Source: Eledone cirrhosa (lineage: Eukaryota). Taken from it: a DNA stretch of 64,000 nucleotides. Both the position numbers and the translations under genes were made by a program. Positions within the stretch are counted from its first letter, which is position 1. Each line of letters opens with the position of its first letter. The notes under the pieces were generated by a model, which saw only the letters and a program-made list of their open reading frames with translations, had not been told where the DNA came from and ran no database searches. Shown piece by piece: positions 40,090 through 53,804 of this stretch. The stretch spans positions 43,028,001 through 43,092,000 of the forward strand of contig OZ024744.1 of assembly GCA_964016885.1 (NCBI GenBank), written 5' to 3'.

Positions 40090-40558
40090 AGAGTCTTTCC
40101 AAGATCTGAGAACCATCAATGGCCATCAATGTTCCACTTACCGTTTGGCTTGCCAAATGCGTGCTAAGTTACACGATGACAGCCATTGGCACCTCACCCT
40201 GCAAGAAGCAGCAACTGCTAAAGTCCCTTCTCAGCTGCGAAAACATGTTGTTATTATATTGCACAACTGCGATCTCGCCGACCCTTTCGCACTGTGGAAC
40301 AACCACCGGAAAAGTCTAGCTGAGGACCTCCTCTACCGCACAGGCAGACACAATCCAAACGTAACATACGATGTCGTTTTCAATGAGGCGCTCATTTGTC
40401 TTGAAAACAGTGTCCTGGAGAATGGTGGTAGGCCTCTAAGTCACTACAGCTTACCTGCTCCTGACAGGAGTATCCAGACAGGAGTGTCAACGTCTACAGA
40501 GCTTTTCTGCGAGACGAGCTACGAAATCAGTGATTCTCCCATGGTCAATTGTATGTAG
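40090..40558 (+). pseudogene. Helitron Rep/helicase inter-domain fragment
   Basis: ACQMRAKLHDDSHWHLTLQEAA..PSQLR..IILHNC..ADPFALW..LAEDL. A possible Helitron 3' end (cgggtcagctagt) lies at ~44075-44087. Confidence 0.75.
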
Positions 40559-40570
40559 GATGCTCTAGGG

Positions 40571-42700
40571 CAGAGGTGGGGAACCTTTTTACCATTAGAG
40601 GCCACATTTAAATTAGGCAGTAATAAAGGAGGCCGTATAAGTTGATATACCTATAAATGCGACTTTTGTGAAATTATTATAGATTTTGTATAGTTTTATA
40701 GTCATTTATTTATTATTTAACATAAAAAGTTACAATATAAAATATGTTTGTATTCACTTAATTATAAAGAAATACAATAGAAAAATAATAATATTAAGTT
40801 AAAAAAACTAACATAGCAAAAATACGTAAAATAATTTCAAAATCAGATGGAAAATTCAAATTAGTGGGATATTTGCATATGCTTTTTGCTTGAAAGTAAT
40901 TGAATATTTGGATCAAGCTTCGTAACGCGCAGCCTTAATTGATCCTCTAAATGAGCATCTGTGGTTTGCGTTCTTAAAGTGGTTTTGATTTTTGTCATGA
41001 GAGAAAATGTTGACTCGCAGCAGTAAGTACTTCCAAAGCAGGAAAGTAAACGGCGTACATGCTCTCGTAGGCGTGGATATTCAACAGCATTTGACCAGAT
41101 TTCTATGGGATCCTTTTTAGCGTCAAAAGAGGATTTGAGGATACTATCTTCCCCCAACTCAAATAACTCCAACTTGTAGTTCCGTAGGAGCCTCGGTTAT
41201 GTCTACTAAATATGGTTCAAATACCAGTTTCATAGCAGGTGTGTGTTCGTGAAAATCTGAAAATCTTTCCCTATATTCTTCTATTAAAGAATCCAAGAAC
41301 CTACATATTCATCGAATATTTTATTTTCACATTTCTGCTAGCTCCGGGAAGTGTTCTGCAGATATATCCGAGCGAGAGAGTAATGTTTTAAAAAATGTTA
41401 ATTTTTTTCGAAACGCTTGTATCTTTTGCCACATTTCTGCTTTGCAGGCAAATATTTAAATTGTTTTGTTTTGTCATGATATCAGACAAAAATGCAATGT
41501 TTCTGCAAAATGCTTCATCTGATAGATCACAAAGTTTTCCTTGTTCTTGATAAAAGTTTAAAATTTGTCATCGTAAAGTTAAAACCTTTATCAAAACCTG
41601 TCCTGTTGATAGCCAGCGAACCTTGCAGTAGTACGGTAGATCAACACTGTACGTTTCCTCGTCTAAAGTTAGCATCTGCCTAAATTCACGATGGCGCATT
41701 GCATTAATGCGAATATGGTTGACAATCGCAATTGCTCTATCCAGAGCGTCTTGCAAAATGGTGGATTTTGCGCAAAGATTTTGCTGATGCGAAATGCAGT
41801 GAAATGATATCAATTCTTTCAAGTTTAAGTTTTCCTTTTTTAATAAAGCAACGAATTCTTCTTTTTTACCTTTCATAGAGGGTGCGCCATCGGTGTAGAC
41901 ACTGACTAAATTACTGACATTTAATTGTAATCGATGACATACCTCTCTGAAGTTTTCGAAACTGTCAACTCCGCGAGTTCTTCCAATTAGTGTACCCAGC
42001 GCAAGAAGTTCTTCGTAACACTGAACATCTTTAGTTACAGCACGAATAAAATATAAAACTTGCGCCAAATCAGTTTTATCAGTGCTTTCACCCAAGGCAA
42101 TTGAAATATCTTCATTTTGTATAATTTTGTATAATTGTACGAAGTTGCTCTGTTACATTTTGAGCTAATTCGTGCTGTCGATCTGTTATAGTTCTTCTTG
42201 AAAGAGGCAATTGTTTGATTTATAAACTTTTTCTGGATCTAACATACCCATTGCTTCAACAATACATTCTTTAATTATTTCTACGTCACTAAATGGTTTG
42301 CCTCTTTTTCCAAGTATATGTGCTATTTTGTAAGTAACATCAACTGCAGTGGAATTATTCTTCACTAAAGCACTAAAAGACGTCTGTTGATGATACTTTT
42401 CATTTTTCAATTTTTGAAGTGCAGCTTGTTGAGATTCACCTTCTAAATTGAATTATTTATGTTTTGATGAGTCAAATAGTGTTTATTTGCATTCGCCTTT
42501 TTCAAAGTAGTTAAAACTGTATTTCACAACAAACACACCAGTTTATCTTTCACAGAAGTAAAGAAAAAATCTAACTCCCACTGTACATTAAATGTTCCGT
42601 TTTCTTCATTTACTTTTCTTCTCTTACAACTTGACATGATGTAGTAAAAACAAATATCAAATAATATCTTTAAGAAAGCGTATACTTGCTCGCAATACAA
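40571..42700 (-). mobile_element. hAT transposon (SPIN/GTF2IRD2-like transposase), degenerate
   Basis: TIR-like CAGAGGTGGGGAACC follows ctctaggg. Motifs KRRKV..FNVQW..VCLL, ESTDKTDLAQ, TDGAPSM, FHCISHQQNLC, VRWLS, FGSTYCCESTFS. Confidence 0.87.
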
Positions 42701-42728
42701 TAACACCGTGTACTAGTAAAACCACAAA

Positions 42729-43395
42729 TCTATATTATATATTAAAAAGTTTGGAGAATAATTTATTTGTGAAGACGGTCGTGTACACAAAAAATGAGTA
42801 AAGATTGGTAAATAAATTCACGATTTTGATTGGTCAGTTAATGGTTTAAAATGGCTTCCCTTTTTACCCCTTTTCCCGGTAAGTATATGAATGTCTCATT
42901 TATGTTTTGTATAAATGAATTTCAAACAAACTATGTTATTTGTAGTTAAACAAATTATGTCTTTTGTAGTTTTTAATTTATTTGTTGCTATGTTGCTGTT
43001 ACACTGCCTTTTACTTTTTCTAGACTACAATTACCTGTTCGACTGGCTTTTGCGATGACTGCCAACAAATCGCAATGTCAAACTCTTAGCAAAATTGGCA
43101 TCTATCTCCCAACACCTTTTTTTACACATGGCCAATTATACGTTACTTTATCAAGGACACGAAATGGACCATCATCTATTATAACTACGTCTAGATAAGT
43201 ACGAAACGTAGTCTATGATTCTGTTTTTCAAAATTCATAATTTTTCATATTTTACATTTATATAATACTATATGTGCGTACTTTTAATTTTGATACAATA
43301 AATTGGTCTTTAATTGGTTAATTTAACCAATCAATATCAATTTGATTTTTAACATATTTTTACTCATCACGAACATAGAGCGGGTAGCTTACTCG
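42729..43395 (+). mobile_element. Non-autonomous Helitron with Pif1-helicase C-terminal remnant
   Basis: 5' A|TC start and CTCG|T end. Internal [37 protein letters not shown] at ~43027-43157. Confidence 0.75.
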
Positions 43396-44085
43396 TTAAT
43401 TAAAACAATAATAACTAGATTTTTAAAATGGCCGGTAGCAATACGAGACGAGACTGTCACAAGCACGTTACAAGATTGACAAATGACAAGTCACAAGCGT
43501 CTTTTTTAGAACAGCCAATTGTAGAACGCCACCTGGCATTCTACAATTGGCTATTACCACCAGTAGTCACTGAAACTTACATTCATACTGTTCTTATTTA
43601 ATTCCATTAATTTTGAAATTGTCGTAATCGCAATGATAAATTATTAATTAATACAAGAGCTAGCTTTTATGAAGGCCGCACAAGAAACGCGCGGAGTTAG
43701 CTCGCCAAACAATCTCTTCATCTTTACTACGGAGGGCCGAACAAAAAATATTGTATACTCTGAGGCTCTAACAATGTAATTTAAATATTTTCTGTTACTT
43801 GGAATTTCCATTATGGTTGTACAAATTATTGCTTGTTAAAAAATGTGTTCTCTGTTCAGCCTTTATTGTTGTAACTACCAATTTTCTTTAACGTACTGGC
43901 TGCTGAACTGGGAAATCCTAAAAACTATTCAAATCCAACATCAAATCCCGTTAACCCCCCCCCCCCCCCCCCCCGCCGCTGACTTCAGAGGGCGTGCGGT
44001 ATCTTTGCACTGGAGTGTAGGAGGGATTCCTGAAAACTAAAAATACCGGTATATCTAACCAGTCGCCAGCCGGACGGGTCAGCTA

Positions 44086-44120
<35 letters not shown>

Positions 44121-44121
<1 letters not shown>

Positions 44122-44899
44122 TGAGAATGTGTATGTATGTCCGTACCCACATAGCTTCTATGTTTGCAACCGATCTTTTTCAAATTTGGAACAAACATGC
44201 GTTATATTTCCAGAAGTGTTGGGGACTCAAAAAATGTTCAAGGTTTTTTCCTAATGCGGCCACTAGGTGAACGAATGCTGTCTCTGGAACACCGTGAAAA
44301 TCACGTCACATGTACGAAACTTGAATAATTATTGGTTAACATTTTACTCATCTTAGTGTATTACGTCCTCTTTCCTTAGATAATGCCTCATAGGAAGAGA
44401 TACGCCATTGGTGGAAAAACGGCGAAAGCTGAGAGAGTGAAAAGAAGAAAATCAAATGAATCGTCAATGGAGGCAGCAATTAGATGATCGCAAGAGGCTG
44501 GACGTAAAACTACTGCATGAGCGTTAGAAAACTATGAGCAGCGTTGTATTTAAGACATAGATTAATTATGTACACCGGATGCTCATGGGCACTTTCATTT
44601 TCCTAGATATTGATTATAGGGTCCCCCGGGGGCAGATAACCCTCTTTAACCGCTTCCTTGGTGTCGACTGAAGCACTGAAGTTCACAACCGATTTTCACC
44701 AAACTTGACATATGGGCTACGTACGTTCTACAGATGATTTTGAAAACTCAGAATCGGCACATATTGAGTAGGAGACTCCTGGGGGCAGGAACCCCCTTTT
44801 GTAAAAAGCCGATGAATTTGTACAGCACTGAAGTATTGATATGAATGCTATACATGACTGCTATTTAATACCCGAGCAACGCCGAGTACATCTGCTAAT
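44121..44899 (+). mobile_element. Probable non-autonomous Helitron-like repeat
   Basis: The 3' end cccgagcaacgccgag..ctaat resembles a Helitron terminus. The 5' part is also present inverted at ~38750-38822. Confidence 0.45.
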
Positions 44900-44950
44900 A
44901 TGTATCTCCCTCCCCCTCTCTCTCTCTCTAAATATATATATACGTATATA

Positions 44951-44996
<46 letters not shown>

Positions 44997-45068
44997 TGTG
45001 TGTATATATATATATATGTGTGTGTGTGTATATGTGTGTGTGTGTATATGCATATATGTGTGTGTATG

Positions 45069-45107
<39 letters not shown>

Positions 45108-45149
45108 TTATACACACATATATGCATATATATATATATATATACACAG

Positions 45150-45186
<37 letters not shown>

Positions 45187-45258
45187 CACACATATGTCCC
45201 AAGGCTCTGATACCATCAACACTATAAACACAGAGCTGGCATATCTAAGAACAGACTA

Positions 45259-45316
45259 ACTGCCTGATGAGGTCATAGCCACTCAATGGCTATTATCGAA
45301 ATATATATATAGCAGT
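45259..45316 (+). ncRNA. Type I hammerhead ribozyme motif (family E)
   Basis: actgc CTGATGA ggtcatagcca-ctcaa-tggctattatc GAAA tatatatat A gcagt. Stem I is a perfect 5 bp. Confidence 0.87.
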
Positions 45317-46380
45317 AAATACAGGATTATGAGTTCATGCAATTGACTTATGTTTCGTCACTGTTATAACTCCGGAACTTATATCTTCATTGAGTGCTCC
45401 CTATCCGCATACTGAAGTACTGGATTTTACCAACACTTACTTTCTTGCTTATATATATATATATATATTAGAATGATCGAGTATCGAAAAATCGGCGTAC
45501 GAGTTCACGATAAACAAAATTCGATATGAGCGGCAGAGTGCTCGCTGATTTAGATAAATCAGAGCTATAACTATCGTTAAAATACCGTCACACATAGAAC
45601 AAGTCTATAATCAACCGCACGATCGAAAAATTACGATAACGGAAGATTCGGGACACTCAGATAAAAAATATCAATAATTCAATAAATTAAATGAATGTAA
45701 AATGCATACCCGGACCCGCTAGGAAGATGTTAAATCTAGCTTCTTGGGTTTCTGTAAATCCTTAAACTGTTCTCTATCAGCTCACATATAAATATATAAG
45801 ACTTCTAGAATTCAGCGGACAGGAAATTTACTTCTTCAACGAGCTTCGTCCGAACGGATAAAATGGCTTAACCCAGGCTAAATACGCACATGGAATTCGG
45901 CAAGGGAGATAACCTCTACATCCGCGAAAACTATTCGAGAAAATGTGGAAATACACATATCGAATAAAAGTGCTCAATAGACATGTTAAAATAAACAGGA
46001 GCTATTCATCACTCAATAGAATCGACAAAAAATGAAATAGAAGTGGTTACACAACAGTTAGTTCACCATACCGAGAACAACTGTTTCACCTTAGCCGATC
46101 TTCATCTCGGGATGTGCATGGTTATAGGAACAGGAAGGACAACCGTACGAACGCGCATGCGCAGAAACTCGGTCACTTCACACAGGCAGTACTAGACTGC
46201 GTGCGACAGGTGTAAGGGAGATAACTGCGAAATTCCGGAAAGTTTTTAGGTTGAAAATAAAATTAAAATAAAATTAAAAATAAAATTACAAAGAATCAGT
46301 CCGGAGCCTTGTAGTTATGCAATAGATGTTTGGTGACGTGTGGACAACGTGTGCAAAATTCACTTCTCGTGTTTAAGCAA

Positions 46381-46435
46381 TCACTATTGCGTAATCTCTT
46401 TAGAATCTAAATTCAAAGAGATTACGCAATAGTGA
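46381..46435. repeat. 21-bp-arm hairpin
   Basis: tcactattgcgtaatctcttt pairs with aaagagattacgcaatagtga. Confidence 0.85.
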
Positions 46436-46470
46436 CTACGTAAGAAAAAGAAAAAAAACACATGAGGAGT

Positions 46471-47097
46471 AATACATACACCTAGGACCAAATACAACAC
46501 ATAAGCCGGTAATACACACATCTAGGACCACATACAACACATAAGCCGATAATACATACATCTAGGACCACATACAACACATAAGCCGGTAATACTTACA
46601 TCTAGGACCACATACAACACACAAGCTAGTAATTCATACATCTAGGACCACATACAACACATAAGCCGGTAATACATATATCTAGGACCACATACAACAC
46701 ATAAGCCGGAAATGCATATATCTAGGACCACATACAACACATAAGCCGGTAATACATACATCTAGGACCACATACAACACATAAACCGGTAATACATACA
46801 TCTAGGACCACATACAACACATAAGCAGGTAATACATACATCTAGGACCACATACAACACACAAGCAGGTAATACATACATCTAGGACCACATACAACAC
46901 ATAAGCCGGTAATACATACATCTAGGACCACATACAACACACAAGCAGGTAATACATACATGTAGGACCACATACAACACATAAGCATGTGATACATTCA
47001 TCCAGGACCACATACAACACACAAGCAGGTAATACTTACATCTAGGACCACATACAACACACAAGCTGTAATACCACATCTGCGACCACATACCACA
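46471..47097. repeat. 40-bp minisatellite, ~15-16 units
   Basis: Unit aatacatacatctaggaccacatacaacacataagccggt. Confidence 0.95.
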
Positions 47098-47189
47098 AAG
47101 GGCAGGCGAAAGGGGTGGACAAACGAACCACTGCCAGAGCAAAAGATAACAATATTTTGAGGAGAACTGGGAAACCTCTCAAAATTTTG

Positions 47190-47386
47190 AGGCAAGAACG
47201 CACACTCACAGCGTTACCCCGAGTGATGTGTTAGAACAACCAAGCGCCCTCACGAGCATCACTAGTTACCTTGGTGAGGCGAGCCGCCAGTGCAGATAAA
47301 AACCTCGCAGACAGTAGCCCGACTCCCCCAAACGCCTCGAATGCCACCGGCTGGAAAATGTAGTTACCCCACAGATCTTGCTATTT
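47190..47386 (-). pseudogene. C-terminal RLE endonuclease fragment of a CRE-like non-LTR retrotransposon (not in ORF track)
   Basis: Manual translation: K*QDLWGNYIFQPVAFEAFGGVGLLSARFLSALAARLTKVTSDAREGAWLF*HITRGNAVSV. Confidence 0.7.
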
Positions 47387-48102
47387 ATTGGGTGTAAAGA
47401 ATAACAGAAGATTTTGGAATGAAATACTGTGGTAAAATGTGCGCCTTATACACAGAACATGCAGTAATAATATTGAAACTAAATAGCCGGGACAATTTGA
47501 AACGTAAATAAGGAAAAAAATGAAGCTTTTGAGAATAATTACGCTGCGACAAATGTCGATCTTATAACCACAGGTGACGATCACCAGAACTGTCCACTCC
47601 ATTAAGCCAGCAATAAACGGCCGCTGAGTTGATGACGACATCGTACGTCGGTCGTTTTATTCAATTCTTGGGTACTGTCTCTGATTGGGACCACGGTTGC
47701 ATGTATTTGATAATACATAGAATAAACCAGACACAATATATTTACTGTAAATGCTTGGAAGGAAGAAAAAATCATATAAATATTATAGAAAGCTACAATA
47801 AGATTTTATAGAATATTCATAAACAGGAAAAATAAATAAGAATTATTTACTATTGGTTAAGTCTTTGGGCAAAAGTCTTTTAACACAGCCTCAGGTTAAA
47901 CGTGTATGTATGTATATAAGTATGTATGGATGGGTGGATGGGTGGATGGAAGGATAGATCGATTGATAGATGGAATGATAGATAGATGTGTGTATGTATG
48001 TACGTACGTACTGTCTTTTCACTAATAAAGAAAGTCTGTTTCTAACATACAAAGAAAACTCTTTCATTAACAAAGTAAATATGTATGTCGGTGTTTGTGC
48101 GC

Positions 48103-48274
<172 letters not shown>

Positions 48275-48414
48275 GTATGGATGTAATTGTATGTATGAAT
48301 ATGTATGTTCGGAGTTGTATGTGTACACGTGTATATTTTTCTATATCTATACATGTGTTTATGCAGTTATTATATGCAGAATTTTTGGAATGTTTTACAT
48401 ATTTGTACAGTTCT

Positions 48415-48745
48415 ATTAATGGATAGTACTTGCAAAATCCTAACCAGTGGTGTGTTGTTTTGTTTCTCTGACGCTCAGCTTCTCAATATTTGTACTGAGG
48501 CAGTTAGTGACATATCAAATAGCCCCAGTATTCACAGGTATAAATCTGAAGGTATACTCAGGGTGGAGTATATTAACATCTGCTGGACAGCTGATTTTTA
48601 CCACTGTCCATGCCTTCTTTTCTCTTCTCCACATTACTATCTTTGGTCTGTTCTGTTTGTATTTTATTGGAGTTTTGATTGGGAAATTCCATAAGTAGTG
48701 TTTCATGTTATCAGCGTAACTTTTTATATTTGTATTCTCAAGACA
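48415..48745 (-). pseudogene. RLE endonuclease fragment (R4/NeSL-like)
   Basis: YLWNFPIKT..KQNRPKIVMW..KISCPADVNI..YTFRFIPV, a degenerate PD-(D/E)xK region. Confidence 0.65.
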
Positions 48746-49329
48746 ATTTCCTGATGTTCTTTGGAACATGATACATCTTGAGAGCTAGTTGGATCACCTT
48801 GTATGGGATCAAACTCTATGTACTAGCCAGATCAATCCACACCTCATAACATCTCTCTTTTCAGCTTTAGGACTTGGGATTGCTTCCCAAACTATTGAGG
48901 TATACTCTAAACAATCAGACTCTCCATGGATGACTCTCCCTTCTGACATGACATATTCAAGTACTTATTCTCTGTGAGGTATCTAGTTATCCTAGCTGCC
49001 ATAACAGAGAAGGATGTTCTTCCTTCAATGTTCAGATGTGTTTTTGGTCTGAATTTGTTTATACCGCTTGAGTTCTGCTCTTTCAGAATGTACACACCTT
49101 TGGTTCTCATCTATTGGTCACTGATCTTGAAGCTCTTCCAGGCAGATCTTATCATTTTGTGGAGCAAGTCAAGGACTCTGGGACATTTCTTGTACAATAG
49201 GTAGGGTATTACGTTTAGCCCCGGTAATGATTTACCCTTGCTTTCCTAACCACCTTCCTTACTTTACCCAGAGTTTGGTGGCCTGTCATCGAACGATTCC
49301 TCTGGCTCAGAGGGCCACACCAGACCCTG

Positions 49330-51293
49330 GTATAATATGTATATATCTAGTGTCTGTATGTGTCTGTTTATGTATATGTAGGTGTAGATATGTGTATGTA
49401 TGTAATATGTATATATCTAGTGTCTGTATGTGTCTGTTTATGTATATGTATGTGTAGATATGTGTATGTATGTAATATGTGTATATCTAGTGTCTGTATG
49501 TGTCTGTTTATGTATATGTAGGTGTAGATATGTGTATGTAATATGTATATATCTAGTGTATGTGTACGTCTGTTTATGTATATGTAGGTGTAGATATGTG
49601 TATGTATGTAATATGTTTATATCTAGTGTCTGTGTGTGGATGTTTATGTATATGTAGGTGTAGATATGTGTATGTATGTAATATGTATATATCTAGTGTC
49701 TGGATGTGTCTGTTTATGTATATGTAGGTGTATATAAGTGTATGTATGTAATATGTAACTATCTAGTGTCTGTATGTGTCTGTTTATGTATATGTTGGTG
49801 TAGATATGTGTATGTATGTAATATGTAACTATCTAGTGTCTGGATGTGTCTGTTAATGTATATGATGATGTGAATGTGTGTTTATATAATATGTATGTAT
49901 TTGTCGTATGAAAGTATCGGTAGAGGGTCGGACGTCATGCTTTCCAGCATAGTTACGTCCCTTTACGATCTGAGTTCAAATCCCGCCGAGGTTAACATTG
50001 CCTTTCATCATTACGGGGTCGATAAAATAAAGTACCAGTAATACACTGGGATAATTGCTGGCATTGTGCCAAAAGTAGAAACAATTATTAAGAGCGTAGT
50101 TTTAACACTTCAAGATCCTAGTAGAAGCTAGCTGTAAGTATACCAAGCAAGCTTTAGGCGAGATCACGTCATAGAAACGTGTCTCTGACGAGCACCCATA
50201 ATTGAGAATATTCCATATTGGCCGGCTTATTGGACGCTCCCTCTTTTTTTTTTATTATATTGTACGTTATATTTTGACGTTTATAGGGATTTTTATGATG
50301 AACGTTCAATATTCGCGGTTTTCCATTCTTCGCGGGTGGTCTAGAAACGTAACACCCGCGAATATCGGGTGACAAATTCATATAGAAAAAAACTGGTCAC
50401 AAAGAAACACACATACATATACATAAACAGACACATACTTTCATACGACAAATACATACATATTATATAAACACACATTCACATCATCATATACATAAAC
50501 AGACACATCCAGACACTAGATAGTTACATATTACATACATACACATATCTACACCTACATATACATACACAGACACATGCAGATACTAGATAGCTACATA
50601 TTACATACATACACATATCTACACCTACATATACATACACAGACACATACAGACACTAGATAGTTACATATTACATACATACACACATCTACACCTACAT
50701 ATACATAAACAGACACATCCAGACACTAGATATATACATATTACATACACACATATCTACACATACATATACATAAACAGACGTACACATACACTAGATA
50801 TATACATATTACATACATACACATATCTACACCTACATATACATAAACAGACACATCCAGACACTAGATAGTTACATATTACATACATACACACATCTAC
50901 ACCTACATACACATAAACAGACAGATACAGACACTAGATACATATTACATACATACACATATCTACACCTACATATACATAAACATCCACACACAGACAC
51001 TAGATATATACATATTACATACACATATCTACACATACATATACATAAACATCCACACACAGACACTAGATATATACATATTACATACATACACATATCT
51101 ACACATACATATACATAAACAGACGTACACAGACACTAGATATATACATATTACATACATACACATATCTACACCTCCATATACATAAACAGACACATAC
51201 AGACACTAGATATATACATATTACATACATACACATATCTACACCTACATATACATAAACAGACACATACAGACACTAGATATATACATATTA
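49330..51293. repeat. Two inverted arrays of a ~70-bp satellite
   Basis: Unit atatatctagtgtctgtatgtgtctgtttatgtatatgtaggtgtagatatgtgtatgtatgtaatatgt at 49330-49915, and its reverse complement at 50435-51293. Confidence 0.9.
49913..50090 (+). mobile_element. tRNA-derived SINE
   Basis: Same family as 5871-6062. Confidence 0.88.
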
Positions 51294-52740
51294 TACCAGG
51301 GTCTGGTGTGGCCCTCTGGGCCAGAGGAATCGTTCGATGACAGGCCACCAAACTCTGGGTAAAGTAAGGAAGGTGGTTAGGAAAGCAAGGGTAAATCATT
51401 ACCGGGGCTAAACGTAATACCCTACCTATTGTACAAGAAATGTCCCAGAGTCCTTGACTTGCTCCACAAAAAGATAAGATCAGCCTGGAAGAACTTGAAG
51501 ATCAGTGACCAATAGATGAGAACCAAAGGTGTGTACATTCTGAAAGAGCAGAACTCAAGCGGGATAAACCAATTCAGACCAAAAACACATCTGAACATTG
51601 AAGGAAGAACATCCTTCTCTGTTATGGCAGCTAGGCTAACTAGATACCTCACAGAGAATAAGTACTTGAATATGTCATGTCAGAAGGGAGAGTCATCCAT
51701 GGAGAGTCTGGTTGTTTAGAGTATACCTCAATGATTTGGGAGGTAATCCAAAGAACTAAAGCTGAAAAGAGAGGTGATGATGTGCTGTGGCTTGATCTGG
51801 ATAGTGCCTACAGTTTGATCCCATACAAGATAATCCAACTAGCTCTCAAGGTGTATCATGTTCCAAAGAACATCAGGGAATTGCTGAAGAAGTATTTTCA
51901 TGGGTTCTCTACGTGATTCTTCACCAAAGAGTACACAACCATCTGGATCAATTGAGAGATTAGCAATGGGCTGTGTAATCTCACCTATACCGTTTGTATT
52001 GGCAAAAACCTCGGGAGATATTATGACGACTCTCTGAAAGACACGAACAGAGGAAACGGAACGAAGCTAATGTTGGTGAAGAGTCTGCAGGTCATAGACC
52101 AATGTGACCTCTCTAGCAAACACATGTCTGCAGTTTACGTTGATCCCAAAGCTTCTCAAATATATGCTGACGGTCAAAATCAACAAAGATACAAGTGGCT
52201 TGGTGTCCCACTGATGTTGCATTCTACTGTCGCTAGGTCAAGTTGATGCTACATCTGAAAGCCATCGTTGAGGAATACAAAGTCGGAAAGCCAGGCTCTT
52301 TACCAAGCTTGATGACTCGCAAGACAATGTCGTGAGAGCGATTTGGTGAAAGCTGATGGCAGGCAGTAAGTGGAAAGTTTATGAGACGGTAGATGCAGAG
52401 AAAATATGGGACATACTCAGGTTCATGGGCAGAGTGGTAAGAGGCTAGGGAAAAGATGAAGAGAGATCTGATTTTACAGGGGGTGAAAAAAGAAGTGGAT
52501 GCCAGAAGACTCCAGAAGACAGTACAGTAGAATCGACAGGGCCAATGGACGACATGGGAATGTGCAATCCAGAGTATTTCGCAGTATGAAAGCAGTGTCA
52601 GACTTAAGGTCGATACAGATATAAAAATATGAAATATGAAAAATTAATGAAATAATATATAAGATAAGAATAAAAATTAAGTCAAAGAGAAAGTAAGAGA
52701 GAGGGGTTATCAATTATAAAGTAACACTAGAAAAAATAAT

Positions 52741-52920
52741 TGTTTCTACTTTTTGGCACAAGGCCAGCAAATACCCAGTGTATTACTGGTACTTTATTTT
52801 ATCGACCCCATAAGGATGAAAGGCAAAGTTAACCTCGGAGGGATTTGAACTCAGAATGGCAAGGGCCGTAACTCTATGCGTCAAAGCATGGCGTCAGACC
52901 CTCTACCGATACTGCCAATC
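52741..52920 (-). mobile_element. tRNA-derived SINE with 16-bp TSD
   Basis: TSD cactagaaaaaataat at 52725-52740 and 52921-52936. Confidence 0.9.
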
Positions 52921-53556
52921 CACTAGAAAAAATAATAAATAAAAAGTAGAAAGCATGCAGATATGCGAACAAGCTCGTACGCACATATATATATATATAT
53001 ATAAATATATATATACGTACAGACAAAAACACATGCACAAAAGGATACATACACATACATGCGTACTTACATACAAAAACACGCATACATACACACGATA
53101 CACATATACATACATACATGTACATCTAATCACACGAACGCACGCGACCATCTATATACACACACACACATATATATATATACACATATATATATAAGTA
53201 TGTAAAAAACATATACGTAAAAGCACACATACACACACATATATACACAAACACGCACACATATGAATGCATTCGTATACATATACAAACACGTATATAC
53301 ATATATGCACACACACACACAAGCATACATACATATATAAAAACCAGCCGTATGAATAAATGGGTACAAGATATACGCAAGTAAACATACATAAAAGCGG
53401 CTGAGGGACAACAGAAAATATCTGGAGTTAAAAACACAAGTGAAATGTGATATCAGGTAGTGAAAGAAAAGGGGGAAGTAAAACATGTAAAATTATTAAG
53501 ATATAAAGTAAGTGAATCAAAAAGCAGGGGGGGGAGCGTCACTAGTGGATGTGAAG

Positions 53557-53728
53557 TAAAAATAAAAATAAAAATAAAAATAAAAATAAAAATAAAAATA
53601 AAAATAAAAATAAAAATAAAAATAAAAATAAAAATAAAAATAAAAATAAAAATAAAAATAAAAATAAAAATAAAAATAAAAATAAAAATAAAAATAAAAA
53701 TAAAAATAAAAATAAAAATAAAAATAAA
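53557..53728. repeat. (TAAAAA)n, ~29 units
   Basis: Seen directly. Confidence 0.95.
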
Positions 53729-53804
53729 TCTGAAAGAGAAGTCTGTAAAGAAGGTAAGTTGAGGAAAGTAAAGAACAAGAGTTTGTGGAGGATAAGTCTG
53801 AAAG

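Larger units (their letters stand above)
48745..52570. mobile_element. HERO-like RLE-clade RT fragments in an inverted duplication
   Basis: 51293-52570 (+) reads PYLLYKKCP..GVYILKEQNS..LNIEG..QKG..GCLE..MIWE.IQ..WLDL.SAY. Its first ~590 bp are mirrored at 48745-49330 (-). Confidence 0.75.

Noticed and set aside
46071-46110. Hammerhead-like motif on the - strand (ccgag ATGAAGA..GAAAC agtt GTT ctcgg)
   Set aside because: C3 is mutated and stem II does not fold convincingly.
46471-47097. Regular repeat array resembling CRISPR
   Set aside because: Units are contiguous with no unique spacers, there are no cas genes, and the context is eukaryotic.
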